From NCBI GenBank assembly GCA_965205865.1, contig CBDBHR010000030.1, positions 480,001 to 544,000 on the forward strand: 64,000 bases of DNA, in the 5' to 3' direction. The notes under the pieces were generated by a model. The model was not told the DNA's origin, did no database searches, and saw only the letters and a list, made by a program, of their open reading frames with translations. Shown here one piece after another: positions 1-9,429 of this stretch. The stretch's first letter is position 1, and every line of letters begins with the position of its first letter. Source of the stretch: a bacterium. Its GTDB lineage: Bacteria; SAR324; NAC60-12. A program made the translations under genes and the position numbers.

Positions 1-1292
1 TCTTCATCTTTTTGAACGTCATCTTTTCCTTCTTCATAGAGTTTGAGAAATCCTGAAAACACCAAGACTGATCCGGTTACTCTCCATAAAAACTTTCCTG
101 CCGTGATTTCGACCTGCGTTTGGTCAAAAACCGCGGAGGACATTTGGGAGGCAACAAAACGGTTCCAAATCAATTCATAGAGACCTTGCTGGTCTATATT
201 GAGAAAGGAACGTGTCTGTTTCGGAGAATTTTGCATGGAAGTCGGGCGAATCGCCTCATGCGCATCCTGAATCTTTTTGGATGGTTTTGTTTTGGAGATT
301 CTCGCTTTGTCCGGACAGTAGGATTTGCCATAAGTCTCAATGATCATCTGACGGACTTCCTCGAGTATGCTCGCGGAGATGCGCAGAGAGTCGGTCCGCA
401 TGTAAGTGATCAGTCCACCAATTTCGTCATTCACCCCTTCATAGAGCTGCTGGGCGATCCGCATGCACTGAGCACTACTGAAACCCAATTTGCGGGACGC
501 TTCCTGCTGCAGAGTCGAGGTGATGAATGGACCTACAGGATGCCGAAGGCGTTGTTTCTTGGTGACTTTGTTGACAACAAATGTTTCCTTTTGAGATTGC
601 TCTACAATGTCAGTAGCGGTTTTCTCATCACGGATGACGACAGTTTTGCCTTTCTGTTGTGCCAGTTTGATCTGAAATGACTGTTTTTCCTGATTTATGG
701 CCGTTGCAGTAATTTTCCAATACTCTTCGGATTTGAACTTCTTGATCTCAGCTTCCCGTTGGCAAACCAGACGCACGGCCACCGATTGGACACGACCTGC
801 ACTGAGGCCATAGCGCACTTTTTTCCATAAAAGGGGACTGATTTGATAACCCACCAATCTGTCTAATACGCGCCTGGCTTTTTGGGCTTCGTATTTATGA
901 AAATCAAGGCTGCCGACTTGCTGAATTTTTTCTAAAACCGAGCTTTTAGTGATTTCAAAGAGAAGCAGGCGAAAAATGTCTCCCTTGTAATAGGGTCGTA
1001 TTTCTTCGGCAAGATGGACGGCAATGGCTTCTCCTTCTCGATCCGGATCAGGAGCCAAATAGACGTTTTGCGCGGATTTTGCGGCCTTTCGAATGTCTCT
1101 GAGTATCTTCAGTCTTGATGAGATGACATCATACTCCGGCTCAAAATCGCTTTCGATATTTACTCCCAAACGGTCTTTAGGAAGGTCTTTCACATGACCG
1201 ACGGTAGCAAGCACCCGGAAATCCTTGCCCAAGTATTTATTGATTGTTTTGGCTTTAGCCGGGGATTCCACAATTACCAATGAAGTAGCCAT
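1..1292 (-). CDS. topA: DNA topoisomerase I (3' end runs off the window)
   Basis: The reverse strand from ATG at 1292 reads MATSLVIVESPAKAKTINKYLG, with Toprim motifs GHVKDLP and APDPDREGEAIA, then SAGRVQS. It is missing from the ORF track because it is incomplete. Confidence 0.95.
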   Translation of the reverse strand, partial: MATSLVIVESPAKAKTINKYLGKDFRVLATVGHVKDLPKDRLGVNIESDFEPEYDVISSRLKILRDIRKAAKSAQNVYLAPDPDREGEAIAVHLAEEIRPYYKGDIFRLLLFEITKSSVLEKIQQVGSLDFHKYEAQKARRVLDRLVGYQISPLLWKKVRYGLSAGRVQSVAVRLVCQREAEIKKFKSEEYWKITATAINQEKQSFQIKLAQQKGKTVVIRDEKTATDIVEQSQKETFVVNKVTKKQRLRHPVGPFITSTLQQEASRKLGFSSAQCMRIAQQLYEGVNDEIGGLITYMRTDSLRISASILEEVRQMIIETYGKSYCPDKARISKTKPSKKIQDAHEAIRPTSMQNSPKQTRSFLNIDQQGLYELIWNRFVASQMSSAVFDQTQVEITAGKFLWRVTGSVLVFSGFLKLYEEGKDDVQKDE

Positions 1293-1479
1293 ATATGAAT
1301 ATCTTTGAAAGTCGAGGTGAAGAGGTCTGAGGCCGACCAATCGAATATAGAATTTTAGGAAATTTTCCTGTCACTAATGTAAATGTTTCCCATACGGAGT
1401 CCTGAACATGACCGTCCTTTTACCTTATCTCGAGTCTTGGTCAATTATTGTCGATCCGGAATCCTATATAAAGTGTGGA

Positions 1480-2103
1480 TTAGTTCAAGTGAAAATTTTG
1501 TAACAATGCTGATTTTGAACTTTGAGGCTGCATCGACTTCATTTTTTTTAGCTGGATGAAATCAAGCAGTAGATGAGTGCTCCATCCTCCCATGCAGGCA
1601 ATGACAAGCCAACGGTGGTCAGCCAAATGCTGTGCGATCCGATCCACTGAGAAACTTTGAAAAAATTTTTCTTTGGTTAGTAGGTATTCATAAATACCTG
1701 CAATCACGACAGGGAACAACAAGACAGAAAAAAAATTATGCGTCCAACTGCGATGATTATTCAACAAGGGCGTGATTGCGACGATGGCCAGTAGCGTAGC
1801 CTCTTCGAAACGTTCATAGTAACCCAATATCAATAGGACCACAAATATGCCCCGGAAAAACCATCTCTGCGGAATGGAACTGATGTCCAAATCCGGAAAC
1901 AAACTGAAAAAAAGGGCAACTGCAAAAATTTGTCCCAACAATAAAGGAGGGGCCGGGATTCCTGACGCTTCACTGAGGACAAATGCGCTAACTGTTAGCG
2001 CCGTTCCCGTCACCATTCCTCCAGTTAGATGCCCTTTGAAGTTCATTTCTTCCCAGATATAAGATGGTTTTGAAAAATGCTCTTTGGGTGAGAGGATTAT
2101 CAC
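1480..2103 (-). CDS. membrane-bound metal-dependent hydrolase (YdjM-like)
   Basis: Motifs GH...PDLD...HRSWTH...HLLLD with hydrophobic segments. True start is probably at MNFKGH. Confidence 0.75.
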   Translation of the reverse strand: MIILSPKEHFSKPSYIWEEMNFKGHLTGGMVTGTALTVSAFVLSEASGIPAPPLLLGQIFAVALFFSLFPDLDISSIPQRWFFRGIFVVLLILGYYERFEEATLLAIVAITPLLNNHRSWTHNFFSVLLFPVVIAGIYEYLLTKEKFFQSFSVDRIAQHLADHRWLVIACMGGWSTHLLLDFIQLKKMKSMQPQSSKSALLQNFHLN

Positions 2104-2232
2104 TGATTTTGCTCAACTTGCAAAGTTCATGCCTCTAGTCATGTGGAAAAATAATATTTCGTTCGGAACGATAACATCTGAAAGTAGGCCTGTAGCGGTT
2201 TTTTCCTATTTGCCGGAGAGGATGCTCTACAC

Positions 2233-2484
2233 GTGGAGCGATATCTATCAATCCCTGAAATCATCAACACTCCTACAATGAGGCAAGCTATGGCAGTCTT
2301 AGAGAGATTTTCTGAAAAAGAAGTGAATTATCACTTATACCAGGCCCGTCAAAATGCCATCCGTGAAAAACAAACCAGGCAACAACTTTTAGAAGAGGCT
2401 CTCCGAGACAAGGAAGAGACAGAATCTAGAGAAAATCGTCTCAGAGAAAAGTTGAAAAAAGCAGGAATTGATCCGGATGCATAA
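2233..2484 (+). pseudogene. C-terminal part of an Rpn-family (PD-(D/E)XK) protein; could make a 68-aa protein from ATG 2278
   Basis: PEIINTPTMRQAMAVLERFSEKE..YHLYQARQNAIRE, coiled tail ending AGIDP. Closely similar peptide at 9430-9613. Confidence 0.6.
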
Positions 2485-2508
2485 GAGGTGCAAGCATTGC
2501 GTCTCTAC
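2484..2508 (-). repeat. GTAG-type REP-like palindrome
   Basis: AGAGGTGCAA-GCA-TTGCGTCTCT-AC hairpin. The reverse complement begins with GTAG. Confidence 0.55.
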
Positions 2509-2731
2509 GGCGCCTTGCGTCATTTTGGCCTGCCGATTCGCTCTGAAATGAAAAATAATTCAATAAATTACTTTTCAGCACCTCCTTTTTCTACCGCAAC
2601 AAAGGATCATTCAGGAAGCTTGTCACTCCGTCACCGAAGTTCGTGGCAAGAACTAACAAACGGTCAAGAAAACGAGATTCACTACGTTTATGGAGGAGTA
2701 TTTTTTCTTGACCTTGAGCTTTTAGTGTGTG

Positions 2732-3613
2732 TTATCTCTTATTTTTCTCTAATTCTTTAACTTCTACTATAGATAAACCTGTTTTTTCAGCAATGGTCTT
2801 CGTGTCAAGAACATCTATTAATTGTTGAGCAATTTCTACTGCTTTTTGCTTCTCTCCTTCTTTCATCCCTTCTTTTTTCCCTAATCCATAAGAAGATTCC
2901 ACCATACTGGCTTGATAGTGAAGATCCTCCTGGTAGTGGTCGTAAGCAATTCGCTCTTGTTCGGGAAGTTTTAAAATATCGAGTTCCTCCTTTGCTTTTT
3001 TAATGCCTCTGGCTGTGAAATCTTCTTTAATTTCTTCATTTTTCAGAAAATAGATCCATTCATCTAGCCTATCTTTGGCGATATCGTTGAAACTATTGAC
3101 TTTGATTAAATAATATTCGGGAAACAGTTCGTGGATTTGCTCTTTGTCATAGAGGGCTTGCTGATTATCGCTTAATCGTAATTCATCGTGCTTATGAATG
3201 CCTTTGAAGATGGTCTTCCCCACATAAACATAATCCTCTCCTTGTCCTAAATCAAAGTAGAGAATGTTCACTGAAATAACCTTCACGACCTGAGAATAAG
3301 GTTCATTTTCTTGAATATGTTCGGTGATTGTCTTTGAGGTTCCAAATAAAATCCGTTGTAAATAATCAAACTCTCGTTCATATTGAACTTCAATGATAAT
3401 GACTTCTTGTTTGGAATTGCGCACTTTTAAATCAACACGGTTGAATTTATCGGATCGGGTCGTCTTGTTGCTTTCACTTTCCAGCAGTTCGATGATTTGA
3501 ATCTCTTCTTTGATCAACTCACTTAAAAAACCTTCCAAAATCTCGAAATTTGCTTTGCTTCTGAGCAGTTTCTTCATCGCCCAATCAAAACTAACCAAAT
3601 GTCTGCTTGACAT
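2732..3613 (-). CDS. Rpn family recombination-promoting nuclease / PD-(D/E)XK 'transposase'
   Basis: FDWAMKKLL, RVDL..IIIEVQ nuclease core, LDEWIYFLK, GKKEGMKEGEK repeats and a C-terminal HTH-like IAEKTGLS. Confidence 0.9.
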   Translation of the reverse strand: MSSRHLVSFDWAMKKLLRSKANFEILEGFLSELIKEEIQIIELLESESNKTTRSDKFNRVDLKVRNSKQEVIIIEVQYEREFDYLQRILFGTSKTITEHIQENEPYSQVVKVISVNILYFDLGQGEDYVYVGKTIFKGIHKHDELRLSDNQQALYDKEQIHELFPEYYLIKVNSFNDIAKDRLDEWIYFLKNEEIKEDFTARGIKKAKEELDILKLPEQERIAYDHYQEDLHYQASMVESSYGLGKKEGMKEGEKQKAVEIAQQLIDVLDTKTIAEKTGLSIVEVKELEKNKR

Positions 3614-4242
3614 GCTTGACTCCTCTTCAATTCATCTTCCATTACTTCTCTAAGATGCTGAAATCATCTCATTTTGTGGAAAACAACTCAAGGGAAAATA
3701 CACTAGGAGGAGAGCTATGATGCAGATAACAACTCCAAACTAACTTGTTTTCTGACAGCAGGGAAGAAATCAAGTTGAGTGCCTGCTTCGCTTTTTTCAG
3801 GAAAACCTTTTAGTTTTTTGATTTTCCCTTCTTCTTTAAGAAGGGGGAGAAGGACTCAAATGGTTTATGTGAATAATGATCGTTTCTTTTTCAGAAAGAC
3901 TAATGAGCCTACGGAAACATTCATCTAGTGGCATTCCCGCAACTTCTATTCCTTTACTCAAGAGAATTTCTAAATGATTGACGCGCTTGCTCCCATAAAT
4001 CCTGCAGTTCCTTCTCCTGGCCAGTCATGCTCGAAAGCGGGATTTTAATGCCTGCCGCCGTTTTCTCCAGTCGGTTTGAAACGTTTCGATTTGATCGAAC
4101 CTCTTTTCATCCGGCAGCCGTTTTTTCCCCTAACCGACCCCTGGACTAAAAAAGGTCACCGCCTTCATCAGGGCATCATGTTTTTCACAAGAGGGCAACG
4201 ATCAAAATAGGCCTTGACCCCTTCCGAGGCATCAAAGAGGGT

Positions 4243-4464
4243 TAAAGAATTTCTGCTGGTCTTTCTTTTTCCTTTGTGATAGTTCTCAAGAAATTGCCTT
4301 GGGCTGAAGGTTTTAAAGAATGGCTGCTTGTCTTTTGGTTTTTTTTGTGATAGTTCTCAAGAAATCAAGAAATTGCCTTTGACTGAAGGTTTTAAAGAAT
4401 GGCTGCTTGTCTTTTGGTTTCTCATTTGATAGATTTTAAGAAATTGCCTTTGGCTGAAGATTTT
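4243..4464 (+). repeat. three tandem ~70-80 bp repeats, each containing a sigma70-like promoter
   Basis: The unit AAAGAAT.GCTGCTTGTCTTT...TGATAG...AAGAAATTGCCTT.G.CTGAAG.TTTT occurs three times with no unique spacers. Confidence 0.75.
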
Positions 4465-4564
4465 ATTTCAATTTCGCTCATATTTATTCAGCCGAAAGTC
4501 ATGTAAAACATCATATTCTCACCAGAGGATTTTTAGAAACTGTCAACTGGGAATGGAAAAGTGC

Positions 4565-4778
4565 CGAATCCCGCATTTATTTTGCCTTGGGGGGTTGACA
4601 TTGGGTTGTTGTTGTTGTACTAAAATCATGCCATCATTGAGTTGTTTTAGTGAGAAAAGAAAGGGTTCCCGATCGATTGAACAATATCGTGAGAGGAATT
4701 GAAAACGATCGATCCTCCCCGGGAATCTTTTTTCACCGATATTGAACTAAACGGGTTTTCAGAGACTTGAATAGTTAC
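4565..4778 (+). promoter_or_regulatory. promoter/leader block of SBP gene 1, duplicated at 10435-10645
   Basis: Closely similar ~210-bp block containing TTGACA, the structured motif with poly-T and an IS66-like end TGAATAGTTAC. Confidence 0.65.
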
Positions 4779-4810
4779 CATTATCTTTATCTTTAGCAAG
4801 CGAGGTTCCT

Positions 4811-6841
4811 ATGTATCTTAAGAAATTTCTGGCCCGCTTCCTTGGGCTGACCGTGGCAAACGTCGTGTCTGCCGCAAAAACCCGATTCGCCCCATGTCGG
4901 GTGAATCGTTCTCAAAACCCTCAATTTAGAGAGGTTCTTATGAATTGTATTATGAAGAAATTTGTTGCCTCCATCGCGAGGCTGAACCCGGCAGGCGCCG
5001 TGTCTGCTGTACAAAAACTTGTCCTCGCAAACTTGTCCCCGCGAAAGCGGGGAGCGGGGATGCAACCCTTGTTGCTCACCTTCACCCTGATGTTGGCCGC
5101 CTTTTGGGTCAGCCCGGCAGCCGTGACTGCGCAAGAGATGGTAGAAGATCCCGCCACCGGCCAGACGTGGACCGCGCCAGAGTATGGCGGGACAATCACG
5201 CAAGCCGTGGTAGTCTTTCCTCCGAGTTGTTCCAACTGGTGGAATCTTGGCTGGGCACCTCACTTCATCAGTGGTGTGGTTGAGAGGCTAGCCTTCGCAG
5301 ACTGGGCAAAATCCAGGGAGATATGGGACGGTAGAGTATACGTCGTTCAGGCCCCGGAGATGAGCAGAGGGAATCTGGCGGAAAGCTGGTCAATGCCCGA
5401 CGCCACAACGTGGATCTGGAACATTCGTAAGGGCGTTAACTGGCATGACAAGGCGCCGATGAACGGTCGTCAATTCGATGCTAAGGATGTCGAATGGAAC
5501 TATCACCGCTATTTTGGTATGGGCGAATTCAGCGAAGACGGACCGAACGCCGCTGTGGGTGGTATCCACTATGGTATGGATGTCGCATCGATAACGGCCA
5601 CCGACCAATGGACGATTGAGATTAAGCTGAAGAAGCCTGACATAGATATGCCGGGGAAAATGCTCAACAACTACTTTTTTGCGCACGCCCCCGAGCAAAT
5701 CGAGCAATACGGTGACGCTAAGGATTGTACGACCCTGGTCGGCACCGGGCCCTTTGAGCTGGCTGAAGTGGTCGAAGGCAGTTCGGCAACCTGGAAGAAG
5801 AATCCAAAATACTGGGCGATGGACGAAAAATTCCCGCAAAACCGCCTGCCCTATATTGACGAGTTAAAGTCTCTCCTGATCCCAGATATGGCAGCCCGTC
5901 TGGCGGGACTGCGCACGGGTAAGATTGATATGATGGGTAACACCGGCGACGCTTATATCAACTCTGTCGACGATATGCAGAGCCTCCAGCGGTCTAGACC
6001 TGATATCGATATCTGGCCCGCTTATATCACTCAGGGTGGCGTTTTCTTTCTTAACTGGACTTTGCCGCCCCTTGACGACGTCAGAGTGCGCAAGGCCCTG
6101 CAGATGGCAGTGGACCGCGAGGCAATTGCCAAATCCTTCTTTAAGGGTTTTGGTGTACCTGCCCCTTATGGGATAGCAAAGCAAGATGGAGGGATGTATA
6201 GCTGGCCCTTTGAAGACTGGCCCGATGAGGTCAAGCGTGAGTATGAGTATCACCCGGAAGAAGCAGAAGCGTTGCTTGATGAGGCCGGATATAAACGCGG
6301 CGCCGACGGCTATCGATTCAAGCTCAAACTTGCCCATTTCGACCGGTGGGATGAGACCTATGCAGAAGTCATCATGGGGTACCTCGAGGCGATTGGCGTT
6401 GAAAGCGAGCTTAGGGTGATGCCTGTCGCTGAGTTTGGAACTATAAGAAAACCGGAAATGCAGCACGATTATGCGTTTGTGACTGGGTATTATGGGTGGT
6501 GGGGCAGCCCCGGCTTTTTGGGATACACCCTCTCAACTGTAAGCTCAGCTGACGGTAGCGATAGCACTACCAATATGAAGGACCCGCGTTTGGACAAGCT
6601 GTTTCTTGCCGCCCAAAAAACTACCGACCTGGAGGAGCTTAAGAGTATTTTCAGACAATTCGATGAGATCTGTATCAGGGACCACTGTGCCCTCAACAAA
6701 TCCGTCTCCCCTTTGTTTTTCGTGAGCCAGCCTTGGATCCAGGGTTATTTTGGTGAAGCAGGGATGGGATGGGGTGAACGGAATACCTTCCAAGCCCGCA
6801 TCTGGGTTGACCAGGAGCTGAAGGCAGCCAAAGGGAATTAG
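4811..6841 (+). CDS. ABC transporter substrate-binding protein, family 5 (peptide/nickel); start may be 4811, 4940 or 5060
   Basis: Signal peptide, PEYGGT, LAESW, RKGVNWHD, VGTGPF, DVRVRKALQMAVDR, ALLDEAGY. Confidence 0.92.
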   Translation: MYLKKFLARFLGLTVANVVSAAKTRFAPCRVNRSQNPQFREVLMNCIMKKFVASIARLNPAGAVSAVQKLVLANLSPRKRGAGMQPLLLTFTLMLAAFWVSPAAVTAQEMVEDPATGQTWTAPEYGGTITQAVVVFPPSCSNWWNLGWAPHFISGVVERLAFADWAKSREIWDGRVYVVQAPEMSRGNLAESWSMPDATTWIWNIRKGVNWHDKAPMNGRQFDAKDVEWNYHRYFGMGEFSEDGPNAAVGGIHYGMDVASITATDQWTIEIKLKKPDIDMPGKMLNNYFFAHAPEQIEQYGDAKDCTTLVGTGPFELAEVVEGSSATWKKNPKYWAMDEKFPQNRLPYIDELKSLLIPDMAARLAGLRTGKIDMMGNTGDAYINSVDDMQSLQRSRPDIDIWPAYITQGGVFFLNWTLPPLDDVRVRKALQMAVDREAIAKSFFKGFGVPAPYGIAKQDGGMYSWPFEDWPDEVKREYEYHPEEAEALLDEAGYKRGADGYRFKLKLAHFDRWDETYAEVIMGYLEAIGVESELRVMPVAEFGTIRKPEMQHDYAFVTGYYGWWGSPGFLGYTLSTVSSADGSDSTTNMKDPRLDKLFLAAQKTTDLEELKSIFRQFDEICIRDHCALNKSVSPLFFVSQPWIQGYFGEAGMGWGERNTFQARIWVDQELKAAKGN

Positions 6842-6853
6842 TGCTGATAGAAC

Positions 6854-6937
6854 AATCCCCCTTTGAAAAAGGGGGATTTAGGGGGATTTTACAAGCATTG
6901 TCCAATGAAATCCCCCCTGGCCCCCTTTGAAAAAGGG
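6854..6937. repeat. paired G/C-tract palindromes (REP-like)
   Basis: CCCCCTTTGAAAAAGGGGG ATTTAGGGGGATTT ... AAATCCCCCCTGG CCCCCTTTGAAAAAGGG in the SBP-permease spacer. Confidence 0.7.
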
Positions 6938-6952
6938 AAGGAGGAGGATTTC

Positions 6953-7954
6953 ATGAAAACCTATCTCATCAGGCGGTTATTGCTGATTATCCCCACCTTA
7001 TGGATATTAACCATCATCGTCTATCTCGCAGTGCGCTTTATCCCCGGCAATATAGTAGACACCATGGTGGCTCAGATGGAATCGTGGCAGAATGTCAAGA
7101 TCGACCGCGAATCGCTTGAGCGTATGCTGGGACTGGACGTGCCTGTCTATGTGCAATATGGACGCTGGATAGGAGTGTTGCCGACTCCTGGCTGGCCTAC
7201 TGGTGAGTCCCACTTTAAAGGTCTCCTGCAAGGCACCTTTGGTGAATCCCTTCTTGGCGGTTGGTCGATAGAGGAGAGGCTCATCGGGAGATTGCCGGTC
7301 ACCCTCGAGCTTGGGGCCATGGCCATCGTCATCAGTCTCGTCATCGCCCTGCCCGTCGGTATCTACTCGGCGATTCGCCAGGATACCGCCACCGACTACG
7401 CAGGGCGCACCGTCGCCGTCATCGGTCTGGCAGCGCCGAACTTCTGGCTGGCCGTGATGGTCATGCTCTACCCGTCCATCTGGTGGGGCTGGTCGCCATC
7501 GTTGGAGCTGATCACATTCCAGGAAGACCCCCTGGGGAATCTCGGCATGTTCCTCATTCCGGCCGTAATTTTGGGGACGGGCATGGCGGCCGCCACCATG
7601 CGGATGATGCGCACCATGATGCTCGAGGTGCTCCGGCAGGACTATATCCGCACGGCCTGGGCCAAGGGGCTCAGGGAGCGGGTGATTATTATCGGACATG
7701 CCATCAAGAATGCATTCATCCCGGTAGTGACGCTCATTGGCCTGCAGCTCCCCCTCCTGATTGGGGGCGCCGTGATCATGGAAGAAATATTTACTCTACC
7801 GGGGATAGGTCGTATGTTTGTGGATGCCCTCAATAACAGAAACTACCCGGTAATTTCTGCAATAAACATGGTTTTTGCTATCGCGGTTTTGGGGATCAAT
7901 CTCATCATCGACCTGTTTTATGCTTTCCTGGACCCCAGGGTTCGGTATAAATGA
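6953..7954 (+). CDS. peptide ABC transporter permease (DppB/OppB-like)
   Basis: MKTYLIRRLL, GLD.PVYVQY, EAA loop QDYIRTAWAKGL, C-terminal LDPRVRY. GGAGG RBS before ATG 6953. Confidence 0.93.
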   Translation: MKTYLIRRLLLIIPTLWILTIIVYLAVRFIPGNIVDTMVAQMESWQNVKIDRESLERMLGLDVPVYVQYGRWIGVLPTPGWPTGESHFKGLLQGTFGESLLGGWSIEERLIGRLPVTLELGAMAIVISLVIALPVGIYSAIRQDTATDYAGRTVAVIGLAAPNFWLAVMVMLYPSIWWGWSPSLELITFQEDPLGNLGMFLIPAVILGTGMAAATMRMMRTMMLEVLRQDYIRTAWAKGLRERVIIIGHAIKNAFIPVVTLIGLQLPLLIGGAVIMEEIFTLPGIGRMFVDALNNRNYPVISAINMVFAIAVLGINLIIDLFYAFLDPRVRYK

Positions 7955-7960
7955 TTAGAG

Positions 7961-7981
7961 TTTTCAGTTTTCAGTTTTCAG
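7961..7981 (+). repeat. (TTTTCAG)x3 heptamer array
   Basis: Read directly. It is the reverse complement of the downstream CTGAAAA array. Confidence 0.9.
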
Positions 7982-7994
7982 CCTTGCTAATTTT

Positions 7995-8354
7995 ATGCAG
8001 GATTTTCGAAATTTAAAAGTGTGGAAAAAATCCCATCTATTGACACTTAAAGTGTATCAATTTACTCAATTGTTTCCAGTGGAGGAACGCTATGGCTTAA
8101 CAAGTCAGATACGACGAGCTTCTATTTCTATCCCCACGAACATTGCTGAAGGATGTGGACGTGAAGGAAGTAAGGAATTATCTCGATTCTTGCAGATTGC
8201 TCTGGGCTCAGCGATGGAAGTAGAATATTTGATACTTTTTTGTAGGGATATAAAACTGTTCTCCGCAGAAATTTATGATTCATTGCAAAAAGAGGTTTCG
8301 GATATCAAGAAAATGTTAACTTCATTCATCAAGAAACTGAAAACAGAGAGTTGA
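7995..8354 (+). CDS. four helix bundle protein (23S rRNA IVP-like family)
   Basis: FRNLKVWKKS, FP.EERYGLTSQIRRASISIPTNIAEGCGR, RFLQIALGS..E.EY. Confidence 0.92.
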   Translation: MQDFRNLKVWKKSHLLTLKVYQFTQLFPVEERYGLTSQIRRASISIPTNIAEGCGREGSKELSRFLQIALGSAMEVEYLILFCRDIKLFSAEIYDSLQKEVSDIKKMLTSFIKKLKTES

Positions 8355-8406
8355 TAACTGAAAACTGAGAGCCGATAACTGAAAACTGACAGCTGAAAAC
8401 TGAAAA
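8337..8406 (+). repeat. ten degenerate heptamers (CTGAAAA consensus) with a 21-bp super-period
   Basis: CTGAAAA CAGAGAG TTGATAA CTGAAAA CTGAGAG CCGATAA CTGAAAA CTGACAG CTGAAAA CTGAAAA. Confidence 0.9.
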
Positions 8407-8445
8407 CTTCAATAAAGTGCGGTATAAATAGATGAAGTCAAAATC

Positions 8446-9417
8446 ATGAGCGACACCAAAGATATTCAACCCACAATCATTGAGCCCAAGCGACGAAGCC
8501 GGTTTGCTGATTTCTTTATCAGGCTGCTCAAGGAGAAGCCGTTGGGGACCTTCAGCGGGGTGATCGTCTTGATCTTTATGGTGGTGGCTATCTTTGCCGA
8601 TGAGTTGGCCCCTTATCCCTATAAGAAAATGCACATGGCCGATCGGCTGACTGGCCCCTCCGCTCAGTATCTGCTGGGCACCGACCATACGGGGCGTGAC
8701 TTGTTGAGCCGCCTGATCGTCGGGGCTCGGATTTCCTTAACCGTTGGTCTGGCCGCAACGGCGCTCAATGTCGTCGTCGCGCTCCTCATCGGCGGCATTT
8801 CGGGATTTATTGGAGGGAAATGGGACCTGGCGGTGCAGCGCTTCGTCGATGCCTGGATGGCCTTTCCGGGGCTGCTCTTGTTGTTGACCATCATGTCCAT
8901 CGTGGGTCAGGGGTTATTCCAGCTGATCGTGGTGCTGGGGATCACCGGAGGCATCAGTGGCTCAAGAGTCATCAGAAGCGCCGTGATCGCTATCAAAGAG
9001 AATGACTATTTTCTGGCAGCCCAAGCCGTGGGCACCCCCATGCGCCAAATCCTGAGCCGCCATGTGCTGCCCAATATTATGGCGCCGCTCATCATCATCT
9101 TCTCCATTAACATCGGCGGGGTCATCATTGCCGAAGCCTCGCTGAGCTTCCTCGGATTCGGACTGCCAACCCAGATTCCCAGCTGGGGCGGGATGCTGAG
9201 CCGGGAAGGGCGCAAATTCATGGAGCAGGCGCCCTGGCTGGCACTCTGGCCGGGGATTTGCCTGACGATTGTCGTTTACTCCCTAAACATGTTCGGCGAT
9301 GCCATGCGGGACCTGCTCGATCCCCGACTGCGGGGCGGCCAAGGAAGTTATGGCACCGCGATAGTGAAACGCAAACGAGGATTCCTCTCTCGACTGATCT
9401 CCCCTTTCAACTGGTAA
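8446..9417 (+). CDS. peptide ABC transporter permease (DppC/OppC-like)
   Basis: LGTDHTGRDLLSRLIVGARISL, HVLPN, EASLSFLGFG, PSWGGML, FGDAMRDLLDPR. Confidence 0.93.
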   Translation: MSDTKDIQPTIIEPKRRSRFADFFIRLLKEKPLGTFSGVIVLIFMVVAIFADELAPYPYKKMHMADRLTGPSAQYLLGTDHTGRDLLSRLIVGARISLTVGLAATALNVVVALLIGGISGFIGGKWDLAVQRFVDAWMAFPGLLLLLTIMSIVGQGLFQLIVVLGITGGISGSRVIRSAVIAIKENDYFLAAQAVGTPMRQILSRHVLPNIMAPLIIIFSINIGGVIIAEASLSFLGFGLPTQIPSWGGMLSREGRKFMEQAPWLALWPGICLTIVVYSLNMFGDAMRDLLDPRLRGGQGSYGTAIVKRKRGFLSRLISPFNW

Positions 9418-9429
9418 GCGGACAAAAGG

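Noticed and set aside
120-680. 186-aa + strand ORF and many similar overlapping track ORFs (e.g. 49493..50488, 59318..59986)
   Set aside because: They are antisense or alternate-frame shadows of well-supported genes (topA, frdA, lpxA).
3970-4240. Protein-like minus-strand stretch with stops and frameshifts
   Set aside because: It may be a gene remnant, but I cannot recognise a family.
4243-4464. CRISPR array
   Set aside because: The units are contiguous repeats without unique spacers, and there are no cas genes in the window.
7995-8354. Diversity-generating retroelement (Avd-like protein) or rRNA intervening sequence
   Set aside because: There is no reverse transcriptase, no TR/VR pair and no rRNA gene in the window.
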